NCBI GenBank assembly: GCA_963749495.1 | Contig: CAVVMW010000001.1 | Coordinates: forward strand, 384,001 to 448,000 | Length of the DNA stretch: 64,000 bases | Direction of reading: 5' to 3' | DNA from: an uncultured bacterium | Lineage (GTDB): Bacteria > Verrucomicrobiota > Verrucomicrobiia > Limisphaerales > UBA8199 | In this document: positions 56,857 through 64,000 of the stretch, piece by piece | Position numbering within the stretch: the stretch's first letter is position 1 | How the letters are laid out: the number at the start of each line of letters is the position of its first letter | Notes under the pieces: model-generated | Database searches by the model: none | The model's input: the letters and a program-made list of their open reading frames with translations, nothing else | What the model was told of the DNA's origin: nothing | Program-made: the position numbers and the translations under genes

Positions 56857-57567
56857 AAGTATTGCATTTCACTGTCAACGTCGGCGGGGGACTGAACGGT
56901 GCTGCCGACTTCTTCGCGGGTGAATTGGCGCAACCGTTGCCGCAGCCGGAAGACGGCCGCGGCAAGCGCCCCTTCGCTCAATCCCAAGCCGGGGGCCTCG
57001 CGGGCATAATCGCCCGGTTTGGCCTCGGCCACCAGCCAACGGCAGAGCTTGCCGAAGAGCGCTTCCTTGCCGGCGGCGGCATATTCCTGCCGGAGCCGCG
57101 CAACCGATTTCTGCACAATCGTCTCCGCCCACACCCGGTCGAATACAAAATCATCGGGTGGTTGCGTGGCCAGGGCTGCCTCGCAGCGTGCCAGGAACGT
57201 CCGGGTCCTCGAGCGCGAAGTGCGGGCAAGCCCCGCCGCGGCGCTGCGTCCGCCGGTCGCGCCGCACATTGGCGGCATAGTGCTTGAGGCACCCCAGCAG
57301 GAACGAGCGGAACCGCCCCTTGTCCCGTGAAACATCGCGCAAGTAGTCCCCGGCAATGAACTGCTCGAAAAAGCCCTGGACGAGGTCTTCAGCCTCTTCC
57401 GCAGTGCATCCATCGCGCCGCAGAAACGCGTAAAGTGGCGGCCAATAGGCGGCACAAAGACGGGCGAGTGCTTCCCCAGCCGCGCGTGCCCCGTCCGCAC
57501 GGGCGGAAAGCACCTCCGTCCAGCAGGTCGTTGCGAACGCTCGATTAGCCTGTTCTGAGTTACCCAT
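56853..57567 (-). CDS. ECF sigma-70 factor (kinase-associated type), frameshift ~57190
   Basis: FATTCWTEV..LCAAYWPPLYAFLRR..AEDLVQGFF..GRFRSFLL; AVFRLRQRLR. Confidence 0.85.
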
Positions 57568-57665
57568 GAGCAGACGTTAACAGTGACCCACTCGTGCTCG
57601 TTTTCAGGGGACCCCAGGCGCGCCGACCCAGGCTGCCGGAAATGCCCGGTGCCAGTTGGATCAAG

Positions 57666-57774
57666 CGCTGAACGTCAAGGAGCTCGCTGTACTCGCCGGG
57701 ATTTCTTACCCCACTGCCCGAGAGTGGTTTCGCCTGCCCGGCTTCCCGGTTGTGCAAGGCGAGGTCTTGCCATA
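57666..57774 (+). pseudogene. Excisionase-like HTH fragment
   Basis: ALNVKELAVLAGISYPTAREWFRLPGFP; no integrase follows. Confidence 0.4.
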
Positions 57775-57954
57775 ACGTAAGTGTCGCACACTTAGTGCCA
57801 TCTTGAAAGCGAAATGGGACAAGGTTGAGAACGCGCAAAAGCCTTCCCTCGGCAGCAGAAAGCTGCCACCATCAGCCGATCGCATTCTCCTGGAGGAAAG
57901 TTAAAGCGGAACTTGTTATTGGAAAGTGTCCACACGTTATTCACACTGAGGTCA

Positions 57955-58400
57955 ATGTCTGCGGGCCAGAGCGTCGGCGGGCCATCCTGGGCCGTTCCGG
58001 GGGGTGTGGCGTGGACGGCAGGCCAGCCCGCGCTTGCGGGCCTGGACCGCGAGCTGTCCAAGCACCTGGTCGTGAGACTGACCAACGCGGTGACCTCGAT
58101 GGACATCTGAGTCGTCCACCTGCGCAGGCCGATCGGCAACGACGGCACCGAGAAACAGCGGAACCAGTGCCGGGCCCTGCTGCGCTGGGCCATGCGACAC
58201 CTGTCCGACGACCCGAAGGCCAACTTGGTCATCATGGGGGACTTCAACGAAGGCCATCCGGTCCAGCGACGGCCAGGCCCTGGCGGTGTTGGCTCAGGCC
58301 AGACCGCCGCTGGTGGACCCGCTCGGCACCCTGAGCGGGAGGATTGCGACCCACGCGGACGGTCGCGGTCGTGCTCTTGCCGAACCACAGGGCCCTTCAC
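57955..58400 (+). pseudogene. Endonuclease/exonuclease/phosphatase-family relic
   Basis: VVHLR..NLVIMGDFNE, with an in-frame TGA at 58108-58110. Confidence 0.6.
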
Positions 58401-58829
58401 CGCGTTAGGTCCTCGGCCACACTGCCCCTTTTCCCCAGGCGGAGGATGTCGCGGCGGATTTCACCGGCCTTGTCGGCCCACCGAGGCCGCTGTGGCAGCG
58501 AGTTCCATACCGACATTTACGGTGATTCGTTGCTGATGGTGATGACAGGCCGGGCGTCATCACCGGGGCCGCACAGAGACCAGAGCTTGACCAACTCGCT
58601 GTGGTCAGTGTTTGCACAAGCCGACGAGCTTGGCACAACCGGCGTGCGAACCGGCATTGGTGCAAACGAAATCGGTTCTGCTCATGACCCACGGCCTCGA
58701 AACTGACGCGGCGCCCCTCAGAAGGTGAAAGGCCGGGCGCAGCATAAGGGCTCGACTATTGATTCCATTGATGTAGCCAGCAAAAGTATCAATTTCTCCG
58801 ATTCCACCGCGTGTGGTTAGATTGCTTCC

Positions 58830-59279
58830 ATGAAGCAAAACCAAAACGATCCGAATATCCGACAACGGCCAGCAACGCGGCATCTACTTCAGTCGTGCTT
58901 GCTGCCCCTGCTCACGGTGCTGGTTTGGGCTGGGTGCAAGCAGGGTCCGAAGGTCGCTGCCGACATCAATCCCGTCGGCAGCTACGCCTTGGTGAGCGTC
59001 AACGGGAGCAAGGTGCCATGCACTGTGCAGCACGAAGCGGCCACGCTGAGCGTCAAATCCGGCACCTTCACCATCAATGCCGATGGCACTTGCAGCAGCA
59101 AGGTGGTTTTCTCCCCGCCGTCAGGCGGCGACTCCAGCCGCGAGGTCAAGGCCACCTACACCCGCCAAGGCTCAAAACTCACCATGCAGTGGGAAGGGGC
59201 TGGCACGACCACCGGCACGGTCAACGGTGACACGTTCACGATGAACAATGAGGGGATGATCTTCACCTACCACAAGTAA
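58830..59279 (+). CDS. Lipoprotein, lipocalin-like
   Basis: Lipobox WAGC; GSYALVSVNG; beta-rich sequence. Confidence 0.7.
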   Translation: MKQNQNDPNIRQRPATRHLLQSCLLPLLTVLVWAGCKQGPKVAADINPVGSYALVSVNGSKVPCTVQHEAATLSVKSGTFTINADGTCSSKVVFSPPSGGDSSREVKATYTRQGSKLTMQWEGAGTTTGTVNGDTFTMNNEGMIFTYHK

Positions 59280-59559
59280 AGATGGTTGAACCAACTCCGC
59301 GAGGCCACTTCCTGACCGGATGAGTCGAGTAGTCAGAACCGTTGGTCGAGAGGGGGCGGGGTCCGTGCCCTCTTTTTGCCGAACATGGCCGAGAACCTTG
59401 TCCACATACGCTTTGACAGCAGAACAGGCTTAATCGTAGAGATGGGCGAATCAAGTCGCAGGATAAAGCCCTGAACACGAGCCGCTCCACAACGCGAAGT
59501 ATGGGCTTGCTGAGTTGGTTGGGTTGTTTACCTTGTGAGCACTATCAGCCCAAGCTGCC

Positions 59560-62500
59560 ATGCAGGCCCCTGAACCATCGTCCGGCAGCCGGAAGCAGGA
59601 CATCCTCCGGCAGGCGTTGATGCGGAAAACGCCGATTGAGCGAGCCGCGTTCCTCGATGGCGCGTGTGGCGGTGATGCGGCCTTGCGCGTGGAGATGGAC
59701 GCCTGGCTGGCCATTTATGAGGGAGGCGAGAAAGGCCCCGCGCTGAATGCGGACACTGGCATCGCTTCTCCGGGAGAAGGCACGACCGAAATCACGCCCA
59801 CGCTCCTGGATGAAACACCCCTGACTGAGGGGCCGGGGACGGTCATTGGCCGCTACAAGCTGCTGGAGCAAATCGGGGAGGGCGGCTTTGGGGTGGTGTA
59901 TGTGGCCCAACAGCAGGAGCCGGTTCGCCGCCAGGTGGCCCTGAAGATCATCAAGCTGGGGATGGACACGCGGCAGGTCGTGGCCCGGTTCGAGGCGGAG
60001 CGGCAGGCGCTGGCGCTGATGGACCATCCCAACATCGCCAAGGTGTTCGATGCGGGCGCAACCGAAAGCGGGCGGCCTTTCTTTGTGATGGAACTGGTCA
60101 AGGGAGTCCCCATCCCTCAATACTGCGACCGGGAAAAGCTCAGCACGATTGACCGGTTGAAGTTGTTCATCGGCGTTTGCCAGGCCATTCAACACGCGCA
60201 CCAGAAGGGTATTATCCACCGTGACATCAAGCCTTCCAACATCCTGGTGACGGTGCAGGAGGGCAGGCCGGTGCCCAAGGTCATCGACTTTGGGATCGCC
60301 AAGGCGACTCAGCAGAGGCTGACGGACAAGACGTTGCACACGCAACTGGAGCAATTCATCGGGACACCGGCCTATATGAGTCCCGAGCAGGCGGAGATGA
60401 GCGGGTTGGACATCAACACGCGCAGCGACATCTACAGCCTGGGGGTGCTGCTGTATGAACTGCTGGTGGGCAAGACGCCCTTCGACTCGAAGGAATTGCT
60501 GGCAGCGGGGTTGGATGGGATTCGGCGGACGATTCGGGAAAAGGAACCGGCGCGGCCCTCGACGCGGTTGACCCTGATGGGGAAGGAGGAGTTGACGACG
60601 ACCACCCAATGTCGCGGGGCGGAGGCACCCAAGCTCATCGGCCTATTGCGAGGCGATCTGGATTGGATCGTGATGAAGTGCCTGGAGAAGGACCGGACAC
60701 GGCGTTACGACACGGCGAATGCCCTGGCCGCCGATCTCCAGCGGCACCTGGACAACGAACCGGTTGTCGCCAGGCCCCCGAGCACGGCCTACAGGCCCCA
60801 GAAGGCGTGGCGACGTAATAAACTCGCTTTCACAGCCGGGGCCGCCGTCGCGGCGGCGCTGATGGTCGGCATTGGCATCAGCACCTGGCAGGCGGTGGTA
60901 GCGACCCGTGCCAAGACAGATGCGGTTCAAGCTAAGACCAAAGCTGTAACGGCGCAGAAGGAGGCGGAACGGGCACGGGAAGCCGAGACATCGATGCGGC
61001 GCGAGGCCGAACACCAACTATATGCGGCCAACATGAACCTGGCCCAGCAAGCCTGGGACCAGAACAACATCGGTCGGCTGCGGGAATTGCTGGAAGCCAC
61101 GCAAGACTCTCCCTATCGCGGTTTTGAATGGTATTATTGGCAACCGAAAACTCACTTGGACTTGAAGACGCTCCGAGGCCATCTGGCTGGAGTTAGGTCT
61201 GTGGCCTATTCCCCGGACGGCCAACGGATTGTCACCGGTAGTGACGATAACACGGCCAAGGTGTGGGATGCGGCCAGCGGCAAGGAACTGCTCACGCTCA
61301 AGGGGCACAGCCATTGGATTTGGTCTGTGGCCTTTTCCCCGGACGGCCAGCGGATTGTCAGCGGCAGTCAGGATGCGACGGCCAAGGTATGGGAGGCAGC
61401 CAGCGGGCGCGAACTGCTCACGCTCAAAGGGCACAGCGATCCGATTTCCTCTGTGGCCTTTTCGCCGGACGGCCAACGGATTGTGACTGGAAGTTTTGAT
61501 CCGACGGCCAAGGTATGGGAGGCGGCCAGCGGCCGCGAACTGCTCACGCTCAAGGGCCACAACGGTGGGATTAGGTCTGTGGGCTTTTCCCCGGACGGCC
61601 AACGGATTGTCACCGGCAGTTGGGATCGGACGGCCAAGGTGTGGGAGGCGGCCAGTGGCCGGGAACTGCTCACGCTCAAGGGGCACACCGCTCAGATTTG
61701 GTCTGTGTCCTTTTCGCCGGACGGCCAGCGGATTGTCACCGGCAGCGAGGATAAGACGGCCAAGGTATGGGAGGCGGCCAGCGGGAAGGAACTGCTCACG
61801 CTCAAAGGGCACAGCGATGCGATTTATTGCGTTGCCTTTTCCCCGGACGGCCAGCGGATTGTCACCGGCAGCCAGGATCAGACGGCCAAGGTGTGGGAGA
61901 CCGCCAGCGGGGACGAACTGCTCACTCTCAAGGGCCACAGCCATCATGTTCGGTCTGTGGCCTTTTCCCCGGACGGCCAGCGGATTGTTACCGGCAGTTG
62001 GGATCGGACGGCCAAGGTGTGGGAGGCGGGCAGCGTCAAAGAACTGCTCACGCTCAAGGGCCACTACGATGTGATTTGGTCTGTGGCCCTTTCCCCGGAC
62101 GGCCAGCGGATTGTTACTGGCAGTTTCGATGGGACTACCAAGGTGCGGGAGGCGGCCAGTGGTCGGGAACAGCTCACGCTCAAGGGACATACGGATCAGA
62201 TCCGTTCAGTGGCCTTTTCCCCGGACGGCCAGCGGCTTGTAACCGGGAGTTGGGATAACACGGCCAAGGTGTGGGAGACGGCCAGCGGCAAGGAACTGCT
62301 CACGCTCAAGGGACACACCGCTGGGGTTGTTTCCTCGGTCTTTTCGCCGGACGGCCAGCGGATTGTCACCGGCAGCGAGGATAAGACGGCCAAGGTGTGG
62401 GAGGCAGGCAGTGGGCGCGGACTGCTCACACTCAAGGGGCACAGCAGTGGGGTTCCCTCTGTGGCCTTTTCCCCGGACGGCCAACGGATTGTCACCGGCA

Positions 62501-62967
62501 GTTGGGATCGGACGGCCAAGGTGTGGGAGGTGGCCAGCGGCAAGGAACTGCTGACGCTCAAGGGGCACAGCGCCACGATTTGGTCTGCGGCCTTTTCCGC
62601 GGACGGCCATCGGATTGTCACCGGTAGTGACGATAACACGGCCAAGGTGTGGGATGCGGCCAGCGGCAAGGAACTGCTCACGCTCAAGGGGCACAGCGAT
62701 TGGATTTGGTCTGTGGCCTTTTCCCCGGACGGCAAGCGGATTGTCACCGGCAGCGAGGATCAGACGGCCAAGGTATGGGAGACGACCAGTGGCCGGGAAC
62801 TGGTCACGCTCAAGGGGCAGGGCGCTGCGATTAAGTTTGTTGCCTTTTCCCCCGACGGCCAGCGGATTGTCACCGGCAGTGCTGATCAGACAGCCAAGAT
62901 GTGGAAGGCGGCTACAGCCCAGCAGGTCGCTGCCTGGCAGGAGGAAGAACGGGCGGCGGCTCAGTAA
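59560..62967 (+). CDS. Ser/Thr protein kinase, TM segment and 14 WD40 repeats
   Basis: IGEGGFG, VALK, HRDIKPSN, DFG, YMSPEQ; 14 x 42-aa GH..WD/WE repeats. Confidence 0.95.
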   Translation: MQAPEPSSGSRKQDILRQALMRKTPIERAAFLDGACGGDAALRVEMDAWLAIYEGGEKGPALNADTGIASPGEGTTEITPTLLDETPLTEGPGTVIGRYKLLEQIGEGGFGVVYVAQQQEPVRRQVALKIIKLGMDTRQVVARFEAERQALALMDHPNIAKVFDAGATESGRPFFVMELVKGVPIPQYCDREKLSTIDRLKLFIGVCQAIQHAHQKGIIHRDIKPSNILVTVQEGRPVPKVIDFGIAKATQQRLTDKTLHTQLEQFIGTPAYMSPEQAEMSGLDINTRSDIYSLGVLLYELLVGKTPFDSKELLAAGLDGIRRTIREKEPARPSTRLTLMGKEELTTTTQCRGAEAPKLIGLLRGDLDWIVMKCLEKDRTRRYDTANALAADLQRHLDNEPVVARPPSTAYRPQKAWRRNKLAFTAGAAVAAALMVGIGISTWQAVVATRAKTDAVQAKTKAVTAQKEAERAREAETSMRREAEHQLYAANMNLAQQAWDQNNIGRLRELLEATQDSPYRGFEWYYWQPKTHLDLKTLRGHLAGVRSVAYSPDGQRIVTGSDDNTAKVWDAASGKELLTLKGHSHWIWSVAFSPDGQRIVSGSQDATAKVWEAASGRELLTLKGHSDPISSVAFSPDGQRIVTGSFDPTAKVWEAASGRELLTLKGHNGGIRSVGFSPDGQRIVTGSWDRTAKVWEAASGRELLTLKGHTAQIWSVSFSPDGQRIVTGSEDKTAKVWEAASGKELLTLKGHSDAIYCVAFSPDGQRIVTGSQDQTAKVWETASGDELLTLKGHSHHVRSVAFSPDGQRIVTGSWDRTAKVWEAGSVKELLTLKGHYDVIWSVALSPDGQRIVTGSFDGTTKVREAASGREQLTLKGHTDQIRSVAFSPDGQRLVTGSWDNTAKVWETASGKELLTLKGHTAGVVSSVFSPDGQRIVTGSEDKTAKVWEAGSGRGLLTLKGHSSGVPSVAFSPDGQRIVTGSWDRTAKVWEVASGKELLTLKGHSATIWSAAFSADGHRIVTGSDDNTAKVWDAASGKELLTLKGHSDWIWSVAFSPDGKRIVTGSEDQTAKVWETTSGRELVTLKGQGAAIKFVAFSPDGQRIVTGSADQTAKMWKAATAQQVAAWQEEERAAAQ

Positions 62968-63154
62968 TTTACCGCCCTGGAGGACGAGCGGGCGGCGCAA
63001 CAGGAGCGCCAAAGGATTGCTCGCGCCCGTGATTCTATCAAGCAGTGGCTGGTCCTTGCCCCGATTGTTTTGTGGTTTGCCAATGAACGTCCATGAAGGG
63101 TGGGGAGCGGAAGTACTGACCAGTAAATAGGATTTGACACACTTGATAGAGCCG

Positions 63155-63500
63155 TGTCCGGGTCGCCCATCGCCGCCGACTCCCCGAACAGGAAGATGCG
63201 CACCGCGCCCGCCGGCTTTTCCGCCGCCATCGACAACGGCAGGGGCGAACGCGCAACCGCCCGGGGGAAAAACCGCCAGCCGAACTTGCGATTCTCGATC
63301 AGCACCGGCCTGCCATCGAGCCGGGCTCTCAGGAAAAACGAGGTCGGGTAGCCCCAACCCGCCAGGCGCAGCCCCAGCTCGACCAACGCCAGCATCACCC
63401 ACGGCGCCAGGACCATTCCCAGCCGCAACCACGCGCGCCTTGACGGCCCCCCCAAGGGCCCTCCTGGCTCCGCCCGTGGTGTAGGCTGCTGGGGCTTCAT
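63155..63500 (-). pseudogene. 5' fragment of a membrane-anchored SGNH/TPR-type protein
   Basis: VELGLRLAGWGYPTSFF..RIFLFGESAAMGDP, then similarity ends. Confidence 0.6.
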
Positions 63501-63742
63501 TTTCGAGCCCAGGCTAACAGGCCCTCCGAAGCCAGTGAAGGCCAAACTGAAAGCGGCAGGAGACTGGCCCGAACTCAGTAACCAGCTTGAGGCCGGCGCC
63601 GAGTTGGACGAGATTAGCGCCAGGGTTCCGAGCGCATCCTGCTGTCCTGGAAGCCTGCGAGCGGATTCCGATCCTTCTGCCCGAGGACGTGATTCGGAGG
63701 CGGCAAGGTTGTAGCCGCTGAGCAATTGTGAAGTGGAACTCG

Positions 63743-63836
63743 ATGAATCCTCCAAAGTCCAAAGTTGAAGATCGTCAGCGGTGGTCAAACTGGTGGTGAC
63801 CGGGCTGCTCTGGATTGGGCCATCGAGAACGGCATC
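63743..63836 (+). pseudogene. Third 5' fragment of the SLOG 'molybdenum carrier' gene
   Basis: KIVSGGQTGGDRAALDWAIENGI at 63768-63836, one base out of frame with ATG 63743. Confidence 0.7.
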
Positions 63837-64000
63837 AGTCGGCCTGGCTCCTGGTACAACTTTAAGGTTAACGTTGAAGAAAGCATTTTCAGAACACGCT
63901 CTCAGCTGAATTGACCCGCTGATTTTGACGATTCTCCGTTACTTGCCACTATCACGCCAAAACTTTGCTAGATCCCAGCCGTCGTAGCGGGCGCGGTCGT

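Noticed and set aside
59560..62967. Diversity-generating retroelement acting on the WD40 repeats
   Set aside because: No reverse transcriptase or template repeat in the window, and variation is not obviously adenine-specific

Overview
GC-rich bacterial window. The gene repertoire (prepilin/H-X9-DG proteins, GloVer-type repeats, an ECF sigma factor beside a Ser/Thr kinase-WD40 gene, dense REP-like palindromes) suggests Verrucomicrobiota; this is inference. The centrepiece is a type I-G (I-U) CRISPR-Cas locus: cas7g/csb1, csb2, cas3 with a fused Cas8g-like extension, cas4-cas1, cas2, and a 48-repeat/47-spacer array. Best finding: just upstream of cas7, on the opposite strand, lies a degenerate one-spacer mini-array (26128-~26235). 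Its spacer matches the cas7 5' region (26320-26337) at 16/18 nt, with mismatches only at positions 6 and 12 and a TTT PAM. That is the signature of RNA-guided autorepression of the cas operon, and it sits next to a protein toxin-antitoxin pair. The left end holds a defence-like cluster (trypsin-like protease, wHTH-NDT protein, VRR-NUC-like nuclease) interleaved with repeated fragments of dprA and of a SLOG gene. Also present: tRNA-Phe with a 1.1-kb integrase-less islet, GH106 and GH38 hydrolases, a two-component system, a metal ABC transporter, a RelE/Phd pair, two kinase-WD40 genes and many gene relics. Several single-base frameshifts in otherwise intact genes are probably sequencing indels. 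All family calls come from motif recognition, not database searches.
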